Below are positions 13,178 through 24,259 of a stretch of DNA of 64,000 nt, in pieces. The notes beneath the pieces were generated by a model. The model was not told the origin of the DNA, searched no databases, and saw nothing but the letters and a program-made list of their open reading frames with translations. Positions within the stretch are counted from its first letter, which is position 1. Each line of letters opens with the position of its first letter. This DNA is from Marsupella aquatica (taxonomy: Eukaryota > Plantae > Marchantiophyta), in NCBI GenBank assembly GCA_973895155.1, contig OZ316896.1, forward strand, positions 16,409,752-16,473,751. Reading direction: 5' to 3'. Both the position numbers and the translations under genes were made by a program.

Positions 13178-13375
13178 CTAGTGATCGGATTTCTTGGAGC
13201 CGGACGCCGAGAGCTTGGTCCGCATGCCGTCCACGAAGAGGAAGGCCGAAAACACCACGACCGCGATTCCCAGCCCCGGCGCGGATCTGCTCAGGTTGCC
13301 GTTGATAAAGGGATGCTTCCGGTATGCGTCATTCTTCGCGAAGAATGTTCCTGTTTGAACCTTGCGATCCGCCAT
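13178..13375 (-). CDS. NDUFB3: NADH:ubiquinone oxidoreductase (complex I) accessory subunit B12
   Basis: 65-aa single-exon ORF 'TGTFFAKNDAYRKHPFI..NLSRSAPGLGIAVVVF' matches the plant B12 pattern TG.FF...D.WRKHP......ALPG.GI..F. One TM helix. Confidence 0.88.
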   Translation of the reverse strand: MADRKVQTGTFFAKNDAYRKHPFINGNLSRSAPGLGIAVVVFSAFLFVDGMRTKLSASGSKKSDH

Positions 13376-13964
13376 GGCAGCCAGGAATGGCCCAGCCTGC
13401 TACTGCTTCTTCACCCTGCAGATGACGGATCAATGGGCGGACCGATCTGAAGAGTAGGCACACTAACAATCCTGCTACTTGGGAGTGGACGAAACACGAG
13501 AGAGAAAGCAAGACGAGGGTCTTGAATCGTTCGGAACCTCACAAGCGATGCTCCCCTGAAATCGCACACAATCTGAAGGAACTATGAACCCTCTGAGGCA
13601 TGCTCAAACAAGCGTCCAAATCAAGTCCTCCAGACCGTCGCTCAGCGCACGTTTCCACGAGAGCAGCACGTTAACGCGATGTCAACAGCCATCATCAAGC
13701 AATTTTCACCTCGAAAATGTTGTCAGCAGAACAACGCGCACAACGCAGCAAAGTTCTCGATCTGCACTCTTCTCCTATTTTACAGTGTCTACTCCCCCTG
13801 TTCTCCTCTTTCCCCTAAACCCTTCACCGCAACAAAGAAGCAAACCTGCAGCGCTATTCAACCACAACTATGTACAGGAGTATAGTACTGTACGTTGGCC
13901 ATGGATAAATTCAATTCACTCAGGTACCCACAAAACACGCGGGGTAAAAGGGTGGGGATTTAAT

Positions 13965-14220
13965 GGGTCCATTTGGGCTTCCATTTCCATAAACTTGTCG
14001 CTTTTGTTTGTTACCCTCCATGGACCCTTTGTTTGGACCCTTTGTTTGTTACTTTTTGTTCTTTGTTCCTTTGTTTGTTTTTGGTTTGGGATCCCTTGGC
14101 TTGTTTTTCTTGGGGCCCTGCCCTTTCTTTTTCTCCCCTTCATTGGGTTGCTTTGCCTTTGGGATCATGTCTCCGGGTTAGGGCTTTTTGCCCTTGGACA
14201 GTGTGATATAAAAAAAAAAA
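13965..14220 (+). mobile_element. Short T-rich retroposed element ending CAGTGTGATAT + poly(A)
   Basis: Ends 'gggatcatgtctccgggtt...cagtgtgatataaaaaaaaaaa'. Homologous inverted copy at 23981..24213. Confidence 0.65.
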
Positions 14221-14674
14221 TTGTTCATATAACTATATAATTATATTGCAAGCCACTCTTGAGGACTCTGATGCTTGCATGGGGCGGTAACTGAGTTAGG
14301 GGAGCAAGTGAAAACTGGGGATTGGGGTAGGGTGAGTCTCTGAAAATGACCCAATGGGCTTGGGGGGTGGGAGGGGGTTACTCTGTCATCTATGAACTCA
14401 ACTGCAGGCCTGAGTTGTGAGTTCAAGGCTGGTTAGTTCCATAACTCAGGTTATGAGACCGAGCTATCAACTTAAAAAACTGGGGGGAGACAACCTTGAA
14501 CCACTCCTTGAGGCAAAGGTTACGACCTCTCTCACTTTTCAAAGCATATATCTCTTTACTTTCCCTCTTGGTAAGTTGTCACCCATTAAATGCAACAGCC
14601 ATTGCCATGTCAGGCCCAAAGCCCATGTGCTTCTAATGCAGGTTTCCAAATTATCAGATTTCCAAATTTACACC

Positions 14675-14845
14675 TAAAGTTAATGGTTAAGGTTGTTGGG
14701 AAAGTGTTGAGCCTGTAGGCTTTAAAGTTAATGGTTAAGGTGAATGGTTAAGGTTGTTGGGAAAGTGTTGAGCCTGTAGGCTTTAAAGTTCATGGTTAAG
14801 GTTAATGGTTAAGGTTGTTGGGAAAGTGTTGAGCCTGTAGGCTTT
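14675..14845. repeat. Tandem repeat, 48-61 bp x3
   Basis: 'taaagtt.atggttaagg(..)ttgttgggaaagtgttgagcctgtaggctt' at 14675, 14723 and 14784. Confidence 0.95.
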
Positions 14846-15254
14846 CGTTACAAGATGGCTCCCACAACTTTTGTGAGAGTTCCCATCAGTCTTGAGTTAG
14901 AACAAGATGCTAAACAGGCAATGCCAAGTTGTGAGATGCCTTACCAGGCTACGTCCCTGTCTGGAATTTGAGAACAAGCTGACTAGCGGTAGCTGGAAAG
15001 CTTTTTCAAACAGGAAACTTTGTTAACCAATTTTGGAGTAGGGTTACAGACTAGAACCTAAAGCCCATACATGAGGTTTCAGTGCATAATTTTTATCCCT
15101 AAAATACTATCCAGCTGCAAATTTATGTGCAAAACATTATGAAAAATAGTTGCATGGCATAGAAAAATTCTCTCTAGCTGGGCTTCTGGCTAGGTCCTTG
15201 TGGCTGTTTGGTCCTTTGGTTGTCCCCCTTATTGGGCCTTTTGCCCATGGGATT

Positions 15255-15592
15255 ATATCACCCTGTTGGGCAGCTTCTGTTTTTTTGGGCTGTTTGCACA
15301 AGTAGAAGTGGTTAAGCAAGGATGACCCTAGTTATGAAGGAAGTGAGATCATGTCTCCTTATTGGGCACCTTTTGTTGTTTGGCGTGGTCGAACTTGGTT
15401 TGATTGCTCAAAAGGTTCAGAATCATATCACCCTGTTGGGCAGCTTCTGTTTTTTTTGCTGTTTGCAAGACAAGTAGAAATGGTTAAGCAAGGATGACCC
15501 TAGTTATGAAGGGTGTGAGATCATGTCTCCTGGTTGGGCACCTTTTGTTGTTTGGCGTGGTCGAATTTGGTTTGTTTGCTCAAAAGGTTCAG
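15255..15592. repeat. Tandem duplication, ~170 bp x2
   Basis: 'atatcaccctgttgggcagcttctg...caaggatgaccctagttatgaagg...gctcaaaaggttcaga' starts at 15255 and 15425. Confidence 0.95.
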
Positions 15593-16486
15593 ACTTGTTG
15601 CACATTGTGTGCAATTTCAAGGGACCCTTCTCTTCTCTCCGTGACAATGGAATGATTGTTGAGGATGGAGTCTCCGATTTAGCTTTTCTCTTACAGACTT
15701 TTATCGCAAAGGAGGCATTCAACGCCTGGCCATAGCTTCGAAGCGCGGTTGAAGTTGGTGAGTATGGTCGGTTGGGTTTAGATTGGTGAGAGAGGCCCGC
15801 TCAGGTGAGTTCTGCAAAGAGGCAGCGTCAAACACCAGGCCAGCCTATCTCCCTGCAAAAATACCAGCACTAATTAAGAGGGATGAATCGGAAGATTGGT
15901 TCCTGATCTTTAGTTCTGCCCCTTCCCGACATGGAGTAAGAAGGGATTTGCGAGTCATCGAATTCCCATACTCTAGATTGGTCAGTTGCGGAGCACTGGT
16001 TTTTAATACCTGACCGGACTGTTTTCCTCGGAACCTCCGTGATTTCCATCTCACAGCTTTCGAATCCATGATTGTTAGAAGTTGAAGTTTGTTTCTGGTG
16101 ATATATCGCATGGAATTCAATTTCTGTCAGCGGAGTTGTGCTTAAGCTTCCAGTCTCTCCTCGTGTACCGTGCAGTTGTTTTATTTTGTTTTTCTATGCC
16201 CGATTCCTTTTGGATGATTGCCATTCGGGAATACCATAACGCACGTTCTCCTGTTTAACGGATTGAGTTTGCAAAATTTTGATTTTCTTTCGTGCATTCG
16301 CCGATTAGAGTACGATAATATATTTGGTGTGGGAGTGTGATTCATCTGTGTAGTAGAAGAGGCATAGTAATTCGGGCAAGCTACTTATTACTGATGAAAG
16401 TATTGAACTCGTGCTTGCCTTCTTGACTATTGCAGTGAGCGAGTCTGGCTTTCGACTTTCTTACTGTAGAGTGAAGAAAAAAAGAT

Positions 16487-18208
16487 ATGGCGTCTTCTCC
16501 TTTTCTCACCTCGCGTCTGGCCCTCCTCCCATTGAGCTTTGCTAGCTTGGCTACCGCGCCATCGTCGACGTCTTCTTCAGCCTCCTGCTCTGCTGCCAGG
16601 GGAGCTCTGTGCACAAGGAATTGCGCGGCAGCACCCATTCAGCCCAGAAAGACCACTGCCGCAGCTGCTGCTTCTCCGAAAAGTTCTACGAGGAATGTTG
16701 TCTGTGTTGATGGTGGGGGCAGCGATGTGAGAAAGGGCGTGCATCGCTACACGTCGAAATTCAGTGGCACTCCGGTCCCCTTCACGAGTGTTTCGGCCGC
16801 CCGGACGGCGCGGCCTCCTGCTTCGTCAAGAGGGAATCCTGGCGTCTCCTCATCTCCGCGCTCGGCCCTTGTGGTACGGCGAATTGTTTCATTGTTTCCC
16901 ACTTTCCGTTGTGTGGAGTTTGCAGCTGTTTTTTTTTCCTCTTTGCTCGGACAGACTGAGGAGATTTGTGCCCTTCTTTGTTTGCGTCTCTAAGATTGAC
17001 GTTTGGTTCTTAGGATTGTAGCTTTTTGATCAAACCAGAAAATTGCACTAGCAAGGTCGTAGAAAATCTTCCCAATACACGATTTGTTTGAGGACGTTAA
17101 AATTGCTCTGACTCTTCGATCCCGAGTTAGTTGTTATCATTTAGTTCGAAAGACTGGAAAATTTGGGAATGGAAAGCAACGAAGAGGTTTCATGTTCCAT
17201 TTTAAGATATGCTTCCATCTTTGTTGGTACATGGAACATTAGGGTTCTGTGTTTAGATTACATATCAATTGAGCTGCTGAATTCCTGTGGCAAGGTCTCA
17301 ATAGTCTCCGTGAAACGCTGCCTTCACCTTTGCTTTTTTCCCTTTCTAATTATGAACTTTCAATCTAGTAACATGGAGACTTACTCTTGCATTATGGTCT
17401 TAACAGCAAAAAGTGACAGCAAATGAGCTTGATTCCATCCTGAGTGCGGAAAGAACCTCTCCGATGATAATTGATTTCTACGCCACCTGGTGCGGTCCCT
17501 GTGTTTTGCTTGCGCAAGAACTTGAGCAGGTGAGTTGAGGTTCTCTTTCTTCCCTTGAGAATTCAACCAGAATACAATGTTTGCCTTACTCTTGAAGTGA
17601 TGCTCAGTTTGCTTTTGTGGGTCCTTCCCTCAAAGTTCTCAGCAAAGGATAGAATTTAGCTTGTTGGTTTGTTCATTCAATGCAATGCTATCCATTCACC
17701 GTCATTGAATCAATCTCCCACATTCGTTCTCATTCATTCACTATTCGGTACACCTCATTCATTCTTCTGATGACAGCATTCGTCGGATTGGATATTACTT
17801 CTTTTCAGCGAATTGTTTTGATTTGGACAATGTTGAAAGTGCAGCTGGCCGTGGAATACGGTGAAGACATCCGATTTTTGAAAGTGGATACCGATGAGGA
17901 GCATGAACTAGCTTCACTAATGGAGGTACATTTCTCTTGAAGTGTTTGTTGCGGAAAACAGGACATTTCGTATCACATCTCCGTATTGTAAACGATGCTT
18001 GGCGCACCAAGAGATGTGCTTTGCTGCTGTTGTAACGAATCCCAATTGCTTTCATGGTGTTCACTCCCGCGCGTGTTGTATGCAGATCCGTGGCTTACCG
18101 ACTTTAGTGTTCGTGAATAAAGACGTTGATAAGCTTTCCATTCGTACCGAGGGATTGCTTCCGACAGATGCAATTCGTGATATCATCGAGAAAGAAATCT
18201 TGGTTTGA
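16487..18208 (+). CDS. TRXz: Plastid thioredoxin z (CITRX), 4 exons, with Ser/Ala-rich transit peptide
   Basis: Exons 16487-16873, 17407-17529, 17845-17925 and 18086-18208. Spliced protein reads IIDFYATWCGPCVLLAQELEQLAVEY...KVDTDEEHE...IRGLPTL.F...IRTEGL.P, the Trx z signature. Confidence 0.93.
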
Positions 18209-18969
18209 CAAAGTTGGAAACCTGCATTCTTTGAAAGCCATTTTGCGTTCATTATTAGCCAATCATTTCATCATCAAATTGTCTCTGGTATCAAAATCTT
18301 TCTTAAGCTTTCCTCTTGTATTTCTGAGCCACAAGTGCCGATTCTTTGGATGCGTGCTCATACCGAAATAGTGTACCTGCTTCCCTCATAGCATTTTAGG
18401 CTCTTTTCGTGTACTCCTGATCTACGACCGCTAAAGAAAGATGTTGAGCGAATCTGTTGATGCCTGAGGCATTGCCAGCGTGAGGCAAGTATCTACTTGT
18501 AGTCCACAGAGTGAACCCAGAGAAGAGATCGCTAAGGGGCCGCGTCTTGTTGTAGACGCGTTTGATGATCTGCTGTTGCATTTAGCCCACGTCATTGCTG
18601 GCTTCATTACATCTGAGATATTTGTGTTCGAACGACTTCCGTTTATCAGCTTCCTAAATCGTTACGACTCGATACTGAGCACCTTTGGGAGCTTTTGATT
18701 CAACAGCCGACCAATGTTCCACTGATTGATATGGCTGTTTTGGGAGCACCGATCTTTTACATTACGCTGAGTTCATTTAAACAGCTACTGTACCTCTCAA
18801 CAGTTTTCTGCGTTGGTCTCGGTTTGCAAACCACTGGCTATGTCATCCGTGCTTACGTTCACTGGTCTGCACTAGATAATATTATCATTTGAAATGACCA
18901 ACTAACAGTGCAAGAAGTAGCCCCTTAGAATCAGCACAGTGCGTGAACACTATCCCTGATTATCATAAT

Positions 18970-19530
18970 TCTATATCACTAGCCTGAATGCCAGCTCTGT
19001 GATGAGTACCATCTTCCCGTTTCCTGTCTAGAGGCTTCACTCTAGAGCTTTCTATATTTCTATATCACTAGCCTGAATGCCCAAGCTTTGAGTAAATCCC
19101 CCGAATCTTTGTCTAGAGATTTAACTCTAGACTGAGGGCCTTCTCTTAGCATTCTATAAATTTAGATGACTAGCCTGAATATCCCAGCTTTGCTAGTAAA
19201 TCACTAGCCTGAATGCCTAAGCTTTGCTAGTAAATCGATAGTAAATATATTCTATCATTTCCCTTGCTTCCAATTCCACCCAACCATAGATACTCCCTCA
19301 AAAGCACTGAATCACTAGCCTGAATGAATGCCCAAGCTTTGCTAGTAAATAGATAGTGAGTATCATCCTATCATCCTATTTTTTTCCAATTCCACTCTAC
19401 TCTCCCAAAATCATTATCTACAGGCTTCATGTCTAACAAGTCATTATCTACAGGCTTCATGTGTAACAAGTCATGATCAGGAGGCTTCACTGCCTAGACT
19501 ATACCCATCTAGAGGCTTCACTATCTAGAT
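18970..19530. repeat. Irregular array of 'tcactagcctgaatgcccaagcttt' (x5) interspersed with 'tctagaggcttcactctaga' hairpins
   Basis: Motif copies at 18976, 19065, 19167, 19201 and 19312. Hairpin motif at 19027, 19111 and 19507. A 30-bp tandem at ~19411/19441. Confidence 0.8.
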
Positions 19531-21232
19531 TGTATTCCCTTATAGTAGCTGTTGACGCTTTATTGATAGAATCTCCTTGCATTCGGTCCCACATGCTCTT
19601 CTTGCTTCTTTTGAAACCTCATTTCATGCAATGCTACCCTGCGATCTTCCTAACAGATCATCTAACAAGAGATCGATATATCACCTGTACATTGTCGATA
19701 TGCTCCTAGTGACCCCAAAAGTTAGTAAAAATGCTTTACGCTCACGCGCCGACATCATCGAAACAAACACCCATGCGAACGCTCTGCAGGCAACGACCTC
19801 CACTGCTAGAAAACCCACTTCCGGATTACCTCGTCCCCCAACTCTAACGATAAAACATTAGGGACCAGCTCTCCCATTGAGACGAGGATTTATTTTCTGT
19901 TCCCAGATACTTGCAAGTATCTCAGGAACTCAATTCTGATCGGAAATTTCACATCCGCCTCGAGATGATTCTAAAGAATCTTTCCGGACTAGACTCACAA
20001 TGGGTCTTTTCCCAAAATTGAAGCCTGAGCAAACCAGTATCTCAGGCACAGCTGTGAAGACGACTGTGAAAACGACTGGATCAGCCCCAGAAAGGTGCAC
20101 ACAGGGATGATCGTTGTGGGGGAATACCTACGGTCCCTGCAATTTTCAAACCGCTCTTCCAACTACTCTTCCATCTCGCACAGATAGTAATCTATTGAGA
20201 ATGCCAGAGTTTGTGGTCTGTTTGTCTCTGAAGTAAGAGATACACAGTGCATGGTGGTAAATTCACTAGTCCTGCATTTTCATTTCTGTTCTGCATGGGA
20301 GAAAATTTACAGTGATGTTGCTTTAATTCAAAGCAATGTAGACCCCGAATATGCCAAGTTATTACATTACGCATGTCGGTAAAAGCAATGTCATCGACCT
20401 CTTCAGCCTGGGTAGTTCCGCCCTTTTCATGACTTCGCATCAATTGATGTCTTACTGGATGGCCTCATACAAAAACAGTACAACTCAGCTAACAACGAAA
20501 TACCTACAGTCGAGGAACCAAATCTTAGTGCCAATTGTAAGCCCAAAGGTGAAAGCAGGGTAATGAGGAGACTGAAAACAGATGGCTCAATTCCACTAAG
20601 CGGTTGGGAGTCATACCTTTACTATGGGAGTCATACAATTACTATGGGAGTCATCCTTTCACTACACACAGGTTTTACTTCCGCGGAAAGTCCCACAAAA
20701 GAAAAGAAACTGCCATTTTCCTTTGAATCATTAACGAAAGGAGGAATTCAACTCATACAAACACAGGACTTTTACCCGGCGCTGGGTACCATCTGTAATG
20801 CGTGTACCAGGGCCGGCCACAAATCGTTGACTGAATTAAGTACAACTGATGTACGGCGAAGATCTAATTACAGTTACCGGTAGATTGAAATGCAAAGAGC
20901 GAACACTACATCCATTAAATGGGTACTCTGCGTTGTGACCAGCAAGAAGGTTGTTGAACAGCAGAACTTAGGAGTTGTACAACCTCACACTTATAAGTGC
21001 CATGACAAAATCCACTGTTCTAATTTTCCCAAAATAAGAGCTCCAGATGACTCCGCTGAAAGCATCGACAGCAGCTACACGGGGTAAAAGTAGACTGCTC
21101 TCTTGCTTCTTACCAAGATGTCCTCCCTCAACAAGATGCATGAGCCTGCTCCTGTCCTAGCTTGTGTGACGAAAGATTTCCCATTTAATTTCAATGCCCA
21201 ATCCACAGCACGAAGGCGACAAGACTTCTGCC

Positions 21233-22594
21233 TTAAAGATCAAACTCGTCATCCTTTAAGGCGTCTGCGACTGGGGCCTCTTCCTCCTCCTCATCCAGAA
21301 CAAAGTATGGGTTGTGCACAACAGGCCTAAACTTATAACCCGTGAACATGTAAAAAGCCAAGCTTGCAAGTTCTTGTGCTAGATCGGTGGTCCACAGGTA
21401 ACGATAATCTGTAACTGTGGTAAGAGCGTAGACAACAATTCTAGTGAAGTAAATGTAACTGACAACTACAATGTAGTACTGCCGGAAAAGAGTGAGTTTC
21501 ACCACATTTCTTGCAGCTTTTCCATCCGTATGAGATGCTTCCCGAAGGTGCTTGATTGACCAGACAATGGGGAAAAGGACCGCACAACAGCAAATGATGT
21601 CGAGTAAATAAAACACCTGCTTCCATGTGAAAAAGTCTTTCGTCGAGGGACCTGTCTCACCGGTGATAAAAACTGCAACATTTGCGAGCACCTGCAGTGG
21701 TATCACTATGAGCAAAACCTTCTTCTCTTTCTCCTGCAGATAAGGCTTCAAGAACGACCAGCCCGTGCCGATCAGTACAATCACTGTGAAGAGCATAACC
21801 GCTCGAAGGAAACCCAGAACGTAGTACGCAATATCCCATCCGTGCGGCTTCCCAGTCTTCTTGATCTTGTACTTCTCTTCGGCCTCTGCAAGCAAATTGA
21901 GTGCCTTGATAATGATCAAAAGGCCCATAAGGATGTGAATCCGGTGCACCGTATCTCGTTGCTTGGTGCAGATGTAGCCCCACACGAAACCGAGGACAAC
22001 GTAGACCAGGAAGAAAGTGAAAAAGAGTTTCGGCAGCTGTGTCTGACCAGCTGGAAGGTAGTCCCGAGCGCTACCTTCCACATTGTACATAGAGGTCTTG
22101 ACATCCATGGTCACTTGACTGTTGCTTACACAATTAATAAAGTAGAGAGTGTACTGATTGGCACCACCCGGGGCAAACTCTTTCGCGAAGTAGGGCTGTA
22201 CCCCCTGCACGTCCTTCAGGTTGAACAGCGTCTTGACTCGGCTGTTCTGGAGAACACAGACACTCTTCTGCTCCTCGTCCGCTTGTCTGAAAAATTCTGC
22301 CACCGCGATCAGCTCCTCCGCCGTGGTAAGAATGAATCCCATCTCTTCCAACGGAAAGTCCACTGATTCTTCCGCAGTGCCTCCCACAGGTAACACGCTC
22401 AGACCGGAAATGTTGAACTCGATCCTCCCCGTCGAGTCGAACCCGAATCTCTCAATCTTAATCGTCGGGCGCGAGTCATCTCTGATCTGTGAGTCTCTCT
22501 TCTCTGCCTTCACCACACACAGAAAGGGAACCAACGCTACCAGCACCAAAACTGCCACACCCTTAGGCATCTTCATCCTGCTGCTGATGCCCAT
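21233..22594 (-). CDS. GPR107/GPR108-like lung seven-transmembrane receptor family protein (CAND6/7-like), intronless
   Basis: Signal peptide, 'DDSRP.I.IE.FGF...G', 'DYLPAGQTQLP', 'VHRIH.LM', 'LIGTGWSFLKPYLQEKEKKVL.IVIPLQV.AN', 'CCCAVLFPIVWSI.HLRE.S.TDGKAARN..KLTLFRQYY', 'YKFRPV.HNPYF' and an acidic tail. First ATG at 22594. Confidence 0.95.
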   Translation of the reverse strand: MGISSRMKMPKGVAVLVLVALVPFLCVVKAEKRDSQIRDDSRPTIKIERFGFDSTGRIEFNISGLSVLPVGGTAEESVDFPLEEMGFILTTAEELIAVAEFFRQADEEQKSVCVLQNSRVKTLFNLKDVQGVQPYFAKEFAPGGANQYTLYFINCVSNSQVTMDVKTSMYNVEGSARDYLPAGQTQLPKLFFTFFLVYVVLGFVWGYICTKQRDTVHRIHILMGLLIIIKALNLLAEAEEKYKIKKTGKPHGWDIAYYVLGFLRAVMLFTVIVLIGTGWSFLKPYLQEKEKKVLLIVIPLQVLANVAVFITGETGPSTKDFFTWKQVFYLLDIICCCAVLFPIVWSIKHLREASHTDGKAARNVVKLTLFRQYYIVVVSYIYFTRIVVYALTTVTDYRYLWTTDLAQELASLAFYMFTGYKFRPVVHNPYFVLDEEEEEAPVADALKDDEFDL

Positions 22595-23149
22595 GCTATC
22601 CAACTAGCCTGCCCCTCTGTCCCCCTCGTGAGTTTCCCTTCCTTCCTTCAAGCCTGTTCCCTCTCACTTCGCGCGAACCCGTCCCCCTGATCTGTTCCTC
22701 TCCTCTTCTCCTACCACCGAGCACTTGTCAAGCATCCGCCATCGCTGTCCAGATAGGTCATCAAATCTAGCCAGATCTCGTTTCCCCGTCTGTCTCGACT
22801 TTCGGTCTAACTAAGCGACTTGTTCACTTGAGCAAATTTAACGAACGGAGCAGGCACCAAATCTTCTCTACAGGATCTGTGTCTGTACGACCTCCTCCGC
22901 ACAGAAACGCGTTCTAGAGCAACACCACACCACTGCAAGGCAGACAATGAACGAACCTGCCAGATCCAGGAACTCAGTGGTCAGGCTCTATTTTCGCAAT
23001 TCCTCCAAGAGAGAGCGCTCCACTCCTCCGCGCACAAACAAGCAAAGAGAGAAAACTAGAGCGCACCTTGCCTGGCGTGGCAGGCACTCTGGACAATGCC
23101 AGTAAACAGCACACCAGGGATTGAATGAATGCTAGCGAACATGACAACG

Positions 23150-23870
23150 GAAAAGGCCAAAATAAGGCGAACCTGCAACGGGAAGAGAACAGAACCACCG
23201 AAGGGCAGACGAAGCTCCCCCGCCGCGAGATCCGAAATGAGAAGTACGCGAACAACTTCCTCAGAGCCTTCACTCGAAATGATAATCCCTCGACTCCCCT
23301 CGGTTGGTCTTTCTCTCTCTGTTTCTCTCTCGGGGAAAGGAAAAAAGATTATTGAATGCTACTGCCACCGAAATAATGCGAACCTGCAGCAAAAAGGCAA
23401 GCGCCAAACGGTAGATTCTCCCCGCCGCGCCGCGAGATCCGGGACAGGGAAAGAATAGCCGAACAACGCTCCTCGGACTCTTCGCTGTTTCCTCGACTCT
23501 TCTCTCGGTGCGATTGACTCTCTCTCCGTCTCTCGGGCGAAAGCGTCAGTGCCAAAATAATGCGAACCTGAGCAGCGAAGAAGGCCCGACGATACTGATA
23601 CGGCCTCCGCCTCGCCGCGAGATCCGGACTGAGAAATAATTGTGGAGAAGGAGATACAGTAGTTCTTCAGCTTTCGTTGTTCAGCTTTTCTCGAGGAAGA
23701 ACCAGTCTTCAGTGCCGAAAATATTCTCGAGGAAGAACGAGTCTTCCAGTGCCGAAATAATGCGAGCTTGCGGGAAAGGGCGCAAGGAAGAGAAGCGATT
23801 CAGGGCAGATTAGAAGTTTAGAACCTCCCCGCCGCGCCGCGCAGCGAGATCCGGAATGCGAAATGTACGA
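23150..23870. repeat. Degenerate ~200-bp tandem repeat x4 at the GPR107-like promoter/5' region
   Basis: 'aaataa.gcga.c.tg' at ~23160, 23371, 23556 and 23755, each followed ~55-90 bp later by '(cgc)cgcgagatccg' at ~23221, 23429, 23613 and 23843. Confidence 0.75.
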
Positions 23871-23980
23871 GCAAACCTCGATGACCAATTCGAGTCTTCG
23901 CGAATTACTCGATTGTTTTCTATTTTGACACTAGCCCTTCCCTTGCACTTCTTTTTTTATAAGTGATCATTAGCCCTTAC

Positions 23981-24213
23981 ATATCACACTGCCAAGACAC
24001 ACTAACTCCAAACCGGGAGACATGGTCCCAAGGGCTAAAGAACCCAATAAAGGGGGAAAGAAAAGATCCCGAGAAGACCAACGAGGGCTAACAAGTCCAG
24101 GAGTAACCCAGAAAAACCATAAGACTAAGAATCAAACAAACAAAAGAAAAAACCCTACTGGGCGGGGAAAGCCCTCCTTGAAAGTAAATAGATATGAAAA
24201 GACAAATAAATAA
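23981..24213 (-). mobile_element. Second copy of the short T-rich element ending CAGTGTGATAT
   Basis: Reverse complement reads '...ccttgggaccatgtctcccggtt...ttggcagtgtgatat', matching 14155..14210. Confidence 0.65.
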
Positions 24214-24259
24214 AACAATTCTATTTTTTTTTCAATTTTCACCGTTCTCACTTTCAATT

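Noticed and set aside
13584-14240. 218-aa ORF with apparent transmembrane segments
   Set aside because: The hydrophobic part is simply the translation of the T-rich repeat element at 13965-14220.
18970-19340. CRISPR-like repeat-spacer appearance
   Set aside because: Spacing is irregular (34-111 bp), spacers share motifs, there are no cas genes, and the context is a eukaryotic intron-containing locus.
21842-22607. Long plus-strand ORFs opposite the GPR107-like CDS (likewise 42012-43085 opposite NT-C2)
   Set aside because: Antisense shadows of GC-rich coding exons with no independent motifs.
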